Virus record (IMG/VR): IMGVR_UViG_3300011867_000002
Span: 186,001 to 221,460 of that record
DNA from: an uncultured virus (IMG/VR IMGVR_UViG_3300011867_000002)
Taxonomy: Duplodnaviria > Heunggongvirae > Uroviricota > Caudoviricetes
DNA length: 35,460 nt
Reading direction: 5' to 3' (one strand)
Shown here piece by piece: positions 25,989-34,977 of the stretch; the stretch's first letter is position 1, and every line of letters begins with the position of its first letter. The position numbers were made by a program, and so were the translations under genes. The notes under the pieces are model-generated. The model was given only the letters and a program-made list of their open reading frames with translations. It had not been told where the DNA came from and searched no databases.

Positions 25989-26014
25989 CTTCTTTCCTCT
26001 TTTCTTGTTTGGTT

Positions 26015-27664
26015 TTAACGACGTCGGATTTTGTTCTGGACATCGTCCAGGAGATCAACAAATTCCAACCTTCTCTTGACACGCCCGTTTTCATCCATCT
26101 GTACCGTTGGATTGGTACGGGCCTTTCCGTATGGATCGCTCTTAGGAAGATTCCAAGCGCCACCCACTTCTGCTACCGAACTGTGCAAGAACCGTTGTGG
26201 GTCTTTGGTACCTGCACGGTCACGGCTTGACGACTGGCTGTTCGAATTGGTTTGCGAGACCAAGACTGCCGTCGTCTTGAACGCCATGTTGTCGCCAGGG
26301 CAACTGATGGTCGAGACTTCGCCATGGCCTTTGTTGATATTGAAGATCATGCCGGTCTTCAAGAGATCGAAGGTGATCCCGTTGATGTTCTCGGCGGTTA
26401 GCTTCTTGCCGTTTTTCTGGGCTTTCTCTTCCGCTGCTTTGAGTCTGAAGTACAGGTTGTTGATCGCCGAGACGATGTTGTACAGCACAAACGGCAAGAT
26501 ACTGAATTCCTTGTCATACATACTGGCCACCCGTTCTGAGCCCGAGAGCAACCACTCGTTGTATTTCCCGATGATGATCGAGAACAACTCGTAGATGTTC
26601 TTAACCGGCATGCCGATGTTCTTCAGGCGCTCATCGGTCAGCATGTCGATGTACTTGTCGAGTGAGCGCAGGTGCTTCTCGGCTTCCTCGAACAAGACAC
26701 CGGCGTGATCCGATTCGCCAGGGATCAGTTCGCCCAAGAGGATGGTCCACATCCGCTTCGAGTTCATGTTCTCAGGCAACGCGCGCAGCGGGAAGTGATC
26801 GACCACGTAGAACAGGCCAGCCAACATCGACACCGCTTTCTGCGTCATCTCACTACGCCGCACTGCCAAACGCAAGTTCGAGCGCTCGTAATGCGAACGG
26901 CCCGCTTTCTTCAGCTTGACCGCACTACTTTGGATGATGCTCCATTCTTCCGACGGGAACATCGCCATGTCGGTGTCCGGCATCAAGACCACGGGATGGC
27001 AATTCCCGAAGAGTGCAAAGGTCTCGTTAAAGCCGTACTTACAGAGCAAGTAGTGCATCATCGCCGGCACTGCACGACTGGTCTTGTTGGTGCGGTTGCC
27101 TTGGTGGACTTTCGCCCACACCACTTGTTCCGAATGCTCCACGTTATCGATCACCAAGCGGTGTGGCATGCGCTTGAAGATCAGACGTGTTTTGTTCAGC
27201 TGTACGAACACGCTCGACAGGCCAACCGAGATCACCGGGTCGACCAGTACCGGCGAGGCAATCCACTTCGAGCCGCTAATCGTAATCGCCCCTGCTGTTT
27301 GGCAGAACGGCAAAAAGATGTAGCGGCTATCGAGTGCTTCGCCATGATAGGCGAACCTGTATTCCACCATGAACAGCGTCGACGGTGACATGTCGTAGCT
27401 GCGGCGGCTGCCTTGCTTGCCCGCTTTGTTTTGGCGCTTGCGGGTCTGTTCGTTAAATTCCTCCTGCGGCCCGCAGCGGTGACCACCGCCAAAGGTCATG
27501 CCTTCTGGAAAGTCCGTTTCGACCGACCGGAAGGCTTTTTCGATATACTCTTGCGCCCGCGGAATGTGATACACCGCCAAACCATTCCCGATCAACGGGT
27601 TGATCTTGCAGGTATTCAAATCCATCAAGCGCGATGTTTCGTTATCGACGATAGGATTAAACAC
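26015..27664 (-). CDS. Non-virion multisubunit RNA polymerase, beta-like subunit (phiKZ gp123-like)
   Basis: 549 aa, LPF....G...ISG.....SPVL.D and LHSS.AEVG....LPKSDP.G..R.NP motifs, two genes downstream of the capsid gene. Confidence 0.82.
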   Translation of the reverse strand: MFNPIVDNETSRLMDLNTCKINPLIGNGLAVYHIPRAQEYIEKAFRSVETDFPEGMTFGGGHRCGPQEEFNEQTRKRQNKAGKQGSRRSYDMSPSTLFMVEYRFAYHGEALDSRYIFLPFCQTAGAITISGSKWIASPVLVDPVISVGLSSVFVQLNKTRLIFKRMPHRLVIDNVEHSEQVVWAKVHQGNRTNKTSRAVPAMMHYLLCKYGFNETFALFGNCHPVVLMPDTDMAMFPSEEWSIIQSSAVKLKKAGRSHYERSNLRLAVRRSEMTQKAVSMLAGLFYVVDHFPLRALPENMNSKRMWTILLGELIPGESDHAGVLFEEAEKHLRSLDKYIDMLTDERLKNIGMPVKNIYELFSIIIGKYNEWLLSGSERVASMYDKEFSILPFVLYNIVSAINNLYFRLKAAEEKAQKNGKKLTAENINGITFDLLKTGMIFNINKGHGEVSTISCPGDNMAFKTTAVLVSQTNSNSQSSSRDRAGTKDPQRFLHSSVAEVGGAWNLPKSDPYGKARTNPTVQMDENGRVKRRLEFVDLLDDVQNKIRRR

Positions 27665-27719
27665 TGTACTCTCCCTTTTGAAACATTCTTGGCCACTTCT
27701 CGTGGTTATGGTGAGTAGC

Positions 27720-28886
27720 TTAACGGTTTGATAAATTCAGCATCCCAAAGAGCGCTGCCATACCAACCATCAGGGTGGGCAAGAACTTGAGTCCTTCACT
27801 GGTGTCTTTGCGCACGTAAGACCGTTCTTCATAGTGGTCCTTCAATTGCTGACGCCGTACTGCCTCTTCATGCTCCCGTTCGGATCGTTCGCGTGCGACC
27901 GCTTCCCGCTCTTGTTCTAGTCGCACATCGCGTTCACGCATCTCGGCTTCGTATTTCGCTTTCTCCAACGCGTTGAGTTCATCAACCCGCTGTCGCTCTG
28001 CCTTCAGTCGTTCAACTTCAGCTTGCGCACGTACTAAGCTGTCTTTCGCCGCCAAGGTCTTATCGCCTCCATGTGCTGCTTCGTCAGGAGTGCGGAATAA
28101 GCCCAAAGTTTCTTCTGCATTCTCGAAATCGTACCATCTTGTCTCGAACGCTGCGTTTCCACCCTTACTACTCATGGAATGATTCGATACGATAAAAATT
28201 CCATCGCGTTTTGACAAGTCTTGCGTGGGGGTGATGCGGTAGACCTGGTTGCTGATGTTAATGTAACGTGGGCCATGAACACGTCGGTTGTCCACCATGA
28301 TGATGGCATAGCCAAACCCAATGTCTCCTTTGTGGTGTTCGTTGAACTCTTCGCTGGCCAAAGAGGTCGTGTAAGCTAACTGAAGATTTCTCCCTTGTTC
28401 GCTGTGTGGATGATAGATCGCTGCGCCGATCGGTTCGAGCGACACCACATAGTCGACATCGTGGTAGTACACACTTCCGCCCATGCGCTGTAACTGGTCG
28501 TAGGTGATCTCGTAATCCAAGACCACGTTCCCGCCATTCCAGCGGTTGCCGTCCAGTGTGCATTTTACTGCTTCACCTAACACCTCCAATTCTTTCGACT
28601 TGCCAGCGATTCCGGCTGAGAGTGATTGTAAGACGCTCTCGTAGGAAGCTGGTTTAATGGCAATGTACACCCGAATCAGAAAGGTTCGGTATTCTGAACT
28701 GGCTTCTGGTTCGATCACCGTCTTGAGCCCATTCCTCATCGCAATGGTAATGGGCACGCCGAGGTTATTTGCAAACGTCGTTCGGTACTCGATCGGCGAA
28801 TGCATGGTGCGTGTATTTAAGGTACCTTCATTGGTGCGTGACGCGCCACCGAAGTGGGAGGTCACTTGTTGGAATTGATGGTTCAT
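27720..28886 (-). CDS. Conserved phiKZ gp122-like protein with C-terminal coiled coil and hydrophobic tail
   Basis: 388 aa, E/R-rich coiled coil, KD.YEERSY.RKD.SE.LKFLP then a hydrophobic end, synteny. Confidence 0.72.
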   Translation of the reverse strand: MNHQFQQVTSHFGGASRTNEGTLNTRTMHSPIEYRTTFANNLGVPITIAMRNGLKTVIEPEASSEYRTFLIRVYIAIKPASYESVLQSLSAGIAGKSKELEVLGEAVKCTLDGNRWNGGNVVLDYEITYDQLQRMGGSVYYHDVDYVVSLEPIGAAIYHPHSEQGRNLQLAYTTSLASEEFNEHHKGDIGFGYAIIMVDNRRVHGPRYINISNQVYRITPTQDLSKRDGIFIVSNHSMSSKGGNAAFETRWYDFENAEETLGLFRTPDEAAHGGDKTLAAKDSLVRAQAEVERLKAERQRVDELNALEKAKYEAEMRERDVRLEQEREAVARERSEREHEEAVRRQQLKDHYEERSYVRKDTSEGLKFLPTLMVGMAALFGMLNLSNR

Positions 28887-28942
28887 ACGTAAGCCTTTAC
28901 TACTGAAGTGTTACTCGTAGAAACAGAACCACTACTGATACT

Positions 28943-28961
28943 GCTCAACTCGATGATATGT
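28943..28961 (-). promoter_or_regulatory. Candidate phage early promoter (ACATATCATCGAGTTGAGC) for the nvRNAP-subunit operon
   Basis: Same ACATAT-N8-TGAG spacing as the 7668 and 8276 copies. Early expression of nvRNAP subunits is expected. Confidence 0.6.
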
Positions 28962-28983
28962 GATTGCAACAATTTTGACTATC

Positions 28984-29026
28984 CGGCATAAACCCCTCAC
29001 CCCCAGGCGAACCCAGGAGTGAGGGG
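28984..29026 (-). terminator. Hairpin (UUCG loop) + TTTATGCCG after the major capsid gene
   Basis: Minus strand CCCCTCACTCCTGGG-TTCG-CCTGGGGGTGAGGGG-TTTATGCCG. A second hairpin lies at 29059-29081. Confidence 0.75.
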
Positions 29027-29105
29027 CAGCCCCAAAAGCTGACATCACCGATCAAGAACCACCCGTCTTGTGAACGGGTGGGACTCTTAATCAATAGCCG
29101 CCGAG

Positions 29106-31307
29106 TTAAGCGACTTCTTGCGTCGGGATGGCGACCTTGCCGGTAGCGACCTTGCTGACGTTCAGGATGTCGAGGACCACCATGATCGGCGAGTTCACGA
29201 CGTGCAGGTACGATGGGGTCACCATCAGTTCCTTGCTGTTCTGACCGTTGCGGTGGGTCGGCAGGATCAGCGCCAGTTCCGACTTGTACGCCATGTTGCC
29301 GAAGTGCATCGGGTTGTGTTTACCCGTGTTGCCCTTCTGGCCCAGGGCCATGACCAGCTTGCCCTTCATGTCGCGGTTGTAGGTCGCTTCGACTTGGACG
29401 TCGACGTCGTCGATGCCCAGCAGGCGGCCGTCGCCGGTGACACACAGCCAGCCAGCGATGACTGGGTCGGTACCGATCAGCAGGGTCGGACGACCAGCGT
29501 CGCCGCCAGCCAGCGAGTCGGCAGCAGGCTGCCAGCCCGAGTCACGGACCATGTTGTAGTAGTGATCGCGCAGGATCATGACCAGCGCTTGCTGGATGTT
29601 CTCGCGACGGTCGGCCGAGGTCAGCGACTGGACGATCTTCGTCAGGTCGATTTCTTGGCGACGGAAGTACGCGGTGACCAGGTGACGAGCAACGCCGAGG
29701 ATCGCCGGAGCGGTTTCGTAGTTGTCGATGTCGCGGACGTACTCTTCCAGGAAGTCGGCTGCTTCGAGCAGGGTCTTCACGGCGTCGTTGTTGATCTTGA
29801 AGTGCGTCGCGGTGATCAGGGCGGCCAGATCGGATGCGTCGTTCTCTTCGCTGGCGCCGCGCGGACGGACGACCGAGATCGGGGAACGGAGTGGCACCGT
29901 GTAAATCTGGTTGTAGTACATGGTGTCGAGCAGTTCGCCGCGCTGACGTTGGTTGGTGTTCACGCGGTGAGCGTTCAGCTCGTAGCCTTCGACGGTGGCG
30001 GTCGACAGCAGGGCAGCGACGGTAGCGCCGGCGCCGGTGCCGTGCGGCAGTGCTTCGCCGTCAGCGTTGCGGATCAGGGTGACTTCGGTCGGGCGCGCCC
30101 AGACGTTCAGTTCCGAGGTGTTCAGCATCAGTTCGCCCGACAGGCCGACCGAGATGCGCGCGGTGTTGGTGTCCATGCCAGCCAGGATGGCCGAAGGAAC
30201 ACCAGCGGCGGTCTTGGTGTTCTTGTCGAAGGTGAACGCGTCGCACTTGAACGCCAGGTTCATCTGGCGGTCCATGCCTTGCAGCGCATGGGTGAACACC
30301 GAGGTCGGCAGGCGCTTGGCGTTGAACTTGAACAGTTCGGTCTTGGCCACGCCGCCGACTTCGCCGGTCAGCTTGATGTAGATGGCGTCGACTTCGACCG
30401 AAGCGTCCAGCGCGTCGCTGTAGTCGATGGTGCCGGTGCGCAGCAGCGATTCGGTCTGGCTGATCGGCAGCAGGCCGAGCTTGACGCCGACTTTCAGCGC
30501 GCTGGTGGTGACTTCTTCGTCGCCGACCAGGACAGTGCGCGGCGCCAGCAGGGCGGCGTCGACGAACTTGGCTTTCGATTCGTCGCGGTAGACCGGCACG
30601 ACTTTGGTCTGGTCCGAGCTGAAGATGGTCGGGTCGATGGCGGCCTGGATCAGGTTGCGGCGGTTCCAGACAGCGGCCGAGCCGTCGATCGACGACTTGA
30701 CTTCGTTCATGACGTAGTTCAGGCGGATGGTGGTTTCGAAACCGACCTGGTCCGGTGCGACGGTGATGGTTGGGAAGAACATCTCGGCCATCGGGCCTTG
30801 ACGCGACGCAGCCATGTTGTACGTGGTGGTGTAGGTCGTGACGTGGCGGTTGTCGCGTTCGTCGTACGATTCCAGCGCAGCGCGTTGTGGCGCTTCGTAG
30901 TGCATGTCGCCGCCGGTCGGGTTGATGTAGGTCACGCCTTCCATCGCCACCTGTGGACGCTTGATGTCGAACGAACGGGTGTTGCGCGGGTCAGCGGCGA
31001 TCGCAGCAGCGTGCACGAAGGCTTCCTGCTGGGCGACGGTCAGCTTGTCCTTGTAGTCGGTGCCGGCGACGAAACTTTCCAGCGAGATTTCGACGTCCTT
31101 CAGGGCGCTTTCCATCGTGCGGACGGCTTCTTCGGTGTAGCCTTCCAGTGCGATCGCGGTGCCGGCGACGGCTTGGTCGACCAGGGCTTGGCCAGGACGG
31201 TTCTTCGTTTCGTTCTTCACGTTGTTGATGAACGTCTGGAGCGAAGCCAGGTTGACTTGGTCGGAATCGCTGTTACGGGCGATTGGTTTTTTGGTGAACT
31301 TGGTCAT
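29106..31307 (-). CDS. Major capsid protein (phiKZ gp120-like)
   Basis: 733 aa, N-terminal propeptide with ALE/SLE/AME sites (last at E146), YN..ASRQ...AE.FFPTI.V.PDQ and N.NQRQRG.LLD motifs, extreme codon bias, synteny. Confidence 0.9.
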   Translation of the reverse strand: MTKFTKKPIARNSDSDQVNLASLQTFINNVKNETKNRPGQALVDQAVAGTAIALEGYTEEAVRTMESALKDVEISLESFVAGTDYKDKLTVAQQEAFVHAAAIAADPRNTRSFDIKRPQVAMEGVTYINPTGGDMHYEAPQRAALESYDERDNRHVTTYTTTYNMAASRQGPMAEMFFPTITVAPDQVGFETTIRLNYVMNEVKSSIDGSAAVWNRRNLIQAAIDPTIFSSDQTKVVPVYRDESKAKFVDAALLAPRTVLVGDEEVTTSALKVGVKLGLLPISQTESLLRTGTIDYSDALDASVEVDAIYIKLTGEVGGVAKTELFKFNAKRLPTSVFTHALQGMDRQMNLAFKCDAFTFDKNTKTAAGVPSAILAGMDTNTARISVGLSGELMLNTSELNVWARPTEVTLIRNADGEALPHGTGAGATVAALLSTATVEGYELNAHRVNTNQRQRGELLDTMYYNQIYTVPLRSPISVVRPRGASEENDASDLAALITATHFKINNDAVKTLLEAADFLEEYVRDIDNYETAPAILGVARHLVTAYFRRQEIDLTKIVQSLTSADRRENIQQALVMILRDHYYNMVRDSGWQPAADSLAGGDAGRPTLLIGTDPVIAGWLCVTGDGRLLGIDDVDVQVEATYNRDMKGKLVMALGQKGNTGKHNPMHFGNMAYKSELALILPTHRNGQNSKELMVTPSYLHVVNSPIMVVLDILNVSKVATGKVAIPTQEVA

Positions 31308-31376
31308 GGTTGTACAACCTCATCTAAGTTGATGGAAATGTGCTTTTGGGGCATGGGCCTCAAACTAATACGTAGC

Positions 31377-32003
31377 TTACTCGCCAGATAATAGTTCGAG
31401 ATGTCTCGTGTAAAGACTTGTGGATGCGATTTCATGGTACTGCGCACCTTGCACATAGAATACCGACAACAGCGCATTGATCAGCTCATGCTGCAAACGC
31501 AGGTCAATGATTTTGTTGTCGAAGAATCCAGGGTAGACGACGACGCCGACGACCTTTGGTGCAAGACTTACCACCTCGAACGCCTTTGGATAGCGATCGA
31601 GTTTTACAGCTTGTCCATACAATCTGGCAGCAACGTCGAGCGATACGCTCGCGTCTCCTGCATACTGTACAGTTGTTTGGCATTCACTTGACATGGTTTT
31701 GCCAAGTGCAGCGCCGCCTTCGGTCACCACCCATTTCTGAGTATAGTGCTTCCAGGCCATCAACAGATCGCCTGCAAAGGAATCGTACACACCGTTACCA
31801 CGGGCACCGGCATACAACAGATTACCCTGTTCTTGCTGCATCGCCACAAAGGTGGCCATATCATGCATGGACAGCGTCGGACGAATCTTTTCGTAGTCCA
31901 GGACGTCGGCCAGGGTACACCCCTGCCGTTGGACTGCATCTGCAACCCAGTACGGGATAAAGATCACCGATGCCAGGTTGGATTTGATATTCCCAATGCT
32001 CAT
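31377..32003 (-). CDS. Conserved protein upstream of the capsid gene (phiKZ gp119-like)
   Basis: 208 aa, lies between helicase and capsid genes, FIPYWV...LS..D motif. Confidence 0.65.
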   Translation of the reverse strand: MSIGNIKSNLASVIFIPYWVADAVQRQGCTLADVLDYEKIRPTLSMHDMATFVAMQQEQGNLLYAGARGNGVYDSFAGDLLMAWKHYTQKWVVTEGGAALGKTMSSECQTTVQYAGDASVSLDVAARLYGQAVKLDRYPKAFEVVSLAPKVVGVVVYPGFFDNKIIDLRLQHELINALLSVFYVQGAQYHEIASTSLYTRHLELLSGE

Positions 32004-32150
32004 TTGAGAACCCCTTGGAATGGAAAAACAATAATTAAAAAAGTGGGATACTCCATATATGAACGAACGTAGAAAAGAGAGAAGAAATCCCTACGTCGCA
32101 CAGACAGCCTTACAATAAATAGCGCCACGAAAAACGAAAGATGCTCGATT

Positions 32151-33683
32151 ATGAACAATAAACTACTCCTCGTTACCTGCATCACTTTGCTCTATCGACA
32201 GAGCCAACTGGACAAAGGAGAGAAGTCGGCACAACTGGTCAGGGAAATTTTGGAACGCATCAAGATGCCCGAGATGAGTCTTGGCATCGATAGCGAACGT
32301 GACATTTTGGCCGGTTTGAAGGATACCGCGCTCAACATGTGCAACGATCCACCGAACCACCGCTACGAACTGACAGAAGTGCTCCAGACGCTGCGCATGA
32401 ACGTGCGCGAAGACAACATCTCGTTTGAAGCCTTGCGTGACGGCATCGAGATCAATCTGGATGAGAAAGCCCTGCACCGGGTCTGTATGAACCTGCAACG
32501 GCGCCTGCGGGAACACTTCGCCTTTGAGAAGTCGCAAGAGATTCTCCAAAAGGCAGCGATGACCTCGCGCTTTGAACCCGAGAAGATCGAGAACTACCCG
32601 CGCTTCCTGCAACAGCTGCAAGCGAACCTGGACGAGTACACGGTCGACTATGGCGATGCCAAAGACCCAGCAGTGGTAGCCTCGGTCGACTTCGACGACT
32701 TGGAAGGCATGGCCGCGGTCTACAACCAAGTCCAGAAAGAAGAAAGTGGCGAGTCGATCCTGAAGACCGGCTGGCAAGGTGTGAACCGGATGCTCTCCGG
32801 CGGCATGCGTCGCGGTGACCTGGTCTGCGTGGCGGCCCTTCAGCACAACTTCAAAACGGGTTTCACGCTGAACCTGTTTAAGCACATCGCGCTGTACAAT
32901 ACGCCCTTCATGTTCGACAAGGAAAAGAAGCCCCTCATCTTGCGCATTTCGTTTGAAGACACAATCGAGAAGAACTTCGAGTTCCTCTACATGTCGCTCT
33001 ACGAGAACGAAACTGGCGAGCGGGCTAATATCCAAGGCTTGTCGCCACAAGAGATCGCCGAGTACGTGCGTTCGAAGATGAAGGTCAACGGCTACAACAT
33101 GAAGATGATGCGTGTTGATGCCAAGATGTGGACGTACCAAAACATCTGCAACGAGATCATCAAGCACGAAGCCATGGGTTACGAGATTCACGCCCTGGTG
33201 CTTGACTACCTGGCACTCGTTCCTGCGATTGGTTGCTTCGGTGGTGGTGTGGCCGGCGGCGACCTGCAAGACATGTTCGCGCGTCTGCGTGGCTTCTGCA
33301 ACCGTCGCAAGATCACGCTCATCACCCCGCACCAAATCTCGACCGATGCTAAGCGTAACATCTTGCGTATCGAACAGAGCGGCTTTGTCAAGCAACTGGT
33401 GGGTCGTGGCTACTACAAAGGTTGCGCCTCGCTCGACAACGAGTTCGACTGCGAAATCTTCATCCACATCGAAAAGTTCAATGGCCGAAGTTATCTTACC
33501 ATCCAACGTGGCAAGCAGCGGGTGAACATCCCACTTCCCGAAGAGTTCCATCACGTCGTGATTGCCTTCCATCCTATTGGGGGACTGCGTGACGATATGG
33601 GTAAACCTGACTCGACCTTGAGCAAGGTCGGCGGCAGTGCCATTGGGTCTGGAGTCGAAGAAGAATTCTGGGAAACTGCTTAA
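32151..33683 (+). CDS. dnaB: DnaB-like replicative helicase (phiKZ gp118-like)
   Basis: LKTGWQGVNRML.GG.RRGD, atypical Walker A ALQHNFKT, ISFED, Walker B LVLDYL, ITPHQ, QRGKQR. Confidence 0.9.
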   Translation: MNNKLLLVTCITLLYRQSQLDKGEKSAQLVREILERIKMPEMSLGIDSERDILAGLKDTALNMCNDPPNHRYELTEVLQTLRMNVREDNISFEALRDGIEINLDEKALHRVCMNLQRRLREHFAFEKSQEILQKAAMTSRFEPEKIENYPRFLQQLQANLDEYTVDYGDAKDPAVVASVDFDDLEGMAAVYNQVQKEESGESILKTGWQGVNRMLSGGMRRGDLVCVAALQHNFKTGFTLNLFKHIALYNTPFMFDKEKKPLILRISFEDTIEKNFEFLYMSLYENETGERANIQGLSPQEIAEYVRSKMKVNGYNMKMMRVDAKMWTYQNICNEIIKHEAMGYEIHALVLDYLALVPAIGCFGGGVAGGDLQDMFARLRGFCNRRKITLITPHQISTDAKRNILRIEQSGFVKQLVGRGYYKGCASLDNEFDCEIFIHIEKFNGRSYLTIQRGKQRVNIPLPEEFHHVVIAFHPIGGLRDDMGKPDSTLSKVGGSAIGSGVEEEFWETA

Positions 33684-33695
33684 CGAAAGAAGGAC

Positions 33696-34469
33696 ATGGC
33701 CACTGAAAGAGACAAGATAGAAAAGCACCTGGCGCACTGTAGCGCACGGGTGCAACGAAACACCCAGGTGGTGCTACCAGAAGACTTGGTAGCCCAAATG
33801 GGCGATGCTGGTGGCCTCTACGACGGGGGACACCTGCTTCACATCAGTAAGGATACGAATATCAGGAAGTTTATCCCGCAGCTCACCCTGCGGGGTGCAC
33901 CTGATGAATGCCGTGACATCACACGGGTGTATGTCGCACCACACCTGTTGGGTTGCATTTTAGGTTATGCGGCCACCGAGAACGACTTCTTTGCGTACGC
34001 TTCCGATAACAAGGAAGACAACTACAAAGGCGGGTACAAGATTTACGCCCTACCATGCCAAGCGTCTTTGAAGCCCAACAAGAGCATGGTGCCCGATGGT
34101 CCGGCCACCGATGAACACTGGATGATCTCGTATAGCCCCGAGACCACCGAGTTCATTCCTGAGACCGCAGGGCGCTTCTTCTGCGCATCTGTCCAGTACG
34201 AAGCGCGCAGCAAGAATAAGCCTGCTGGTCGGATGACCTTGTACGTTGAAATCGTTAAACCAGAAGGGCTGTGGTTTTCCAAGAACCTGTATCTGGAAAA
34301 GGGCTACTGGAAGATCACGGGCACGGTTGACCGGAATACGGAAAGCTGGCGCCACGACAAGGACTTCACCTTGGTCGGCATTAGCCGGGGTGATTACATG
34401 GCAGAGAAGGGCTTGAAAGCCGCACTCCTCAGCCACACCGACCCGATGGTCAGTTGGGTCAAGCCATGA
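33696..34469 (+). CDS. Hypothetical protein (257 aa), possible ADP-ribosyltransferase-like fold
   Basis: RBS GAAGGA. LLHIS...F.P, RVYVAP.L.GC and VPD...TDEHW motifs. The functional call is tentative. Confidence 0.6.
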   Translation: MATERDKIEKHLAHCSARVQRNTQVVLPEDLVAQMGDAGGLYDGGHLLHISKDTNIRKFIPQLTLRGAPDECRDITRVYVAPHLLGCILGYAATENDFFAYASDNKEDNYKGGYKIYALPCQASLKPNKSMVPDGPATDEHWMISYSPETTEFIPETAGRFFCASVQYEARSKNKPAGRMTLYVEIVKPEGLWFSKNLYLEKGYWKITGTVDRNTESWRHDKDFTLVGISRGDYMAEKGLKAALLSHTDPMVSWVKP

Positions 34470-34885
34470 GTAATTTTCTGCGGATGGCCTTGGAGAATTA
34501 CAAGGACGACCAACGTGAAGCCCAACTCTTGAAGTTAGCGTCGCAAGATCGCTTCTTGGGTGAGAGTGTGTTAGAGGAACCGGAATCGAATAAGCATCTC
34601 GTGTATCACGAGGGGGTGTTGGTCGGGTTCTTCTGGGCCAAGCGTCAGTCTGACGGGCGTTACCAACTCGATGCCATCTTCATTGATCCGGCTTACCGCA
34701 ACAAAGGGATCACCAGCGGTACCTTGAACGATTTCTACGCCAACAAGAAAGGCCGCGCATGGATCGAGTCCGACAACCATGCTTCGGTCGCGGCGTTTAA
34801 GAAAGCTGGCTTCAAGAAGAAAGAAGGCGGCAGTAAGCGCGGAAGCCAAATCGATCGCGAGTTCGACCAGTACTTGAAAGAGTAG
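34466..34885 (+). CDS. GNAT-family acetyltransferase
   Basis: Start at the ATGA overlap (34466). Motif A IFIDPAYRNKGIT, motif B N.ASVAAFKKAGF. Confidence 0.92.
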   Translation: MSNFLRMALENYKDDQREAQLLKLASQDRFLGESVLEEPESNKHLVYHEGVLVGFFWAKRQSDGRYQLDAIFIDPAYRNKGITSGTLNDFYANKKGRAWIESDNHASVAAFKKAGFKKKEGGSKRGSQIDREFDQYLKE

Positions 34886-34914
34886 TCCTGAAAAGCAACA
34901 AAAAAAGAAGTAAG

Positions 34915-34975
34915 CGGAATAAGACCCCACACCACCAACTCCCGTAATGGAAGTGGTGGTGTGGGGTCTATGCCG
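34915..34975. terminator. Bidirectional 16-bp hairpin flanked on both sides by the TAT(G/T)CCG motif
   Basis: Stem AGACCCCACACCACCA/TGGTGGTGTGGGGTCT with CGGAATA on the left and TATGCCG on the right, between convergent genes. Confidence 0.8.
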
Positions 34976-34977
34976 TG

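Noticed and set aside
23679..26018. 779-aa plus-strand ORF antisense to the gp124-like gene
   Set aside because: Same shadow-frame artefact, and it runs through the terminator hairpin at 24012-24043.
29118..31391. 757-aa plus-strand ORF antisense to the major capsid gene
   Set aside because: Shadow ORF. It mirrors a strongly codon-biased gene, has V/R/G/D/Q-rich non-globular composition and no recognisable motif.
32830..32862. Non-canonical Walker A (ALQHNFKT) suggesting an inactive helicase
   Set aside because: As I recall, this variant is typical of phiKZ-family DnaB-like helicases, and the other motifs are intact.
32163..33755. 530-aa minus-strand ORF antisense to the helicase (and similar antisense ORFs over the portal, gp128-like and fibre genes)
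   Set aside because: Overlaps a clearly motif-bearing gene on the other strand and has shadow-ORF composition.
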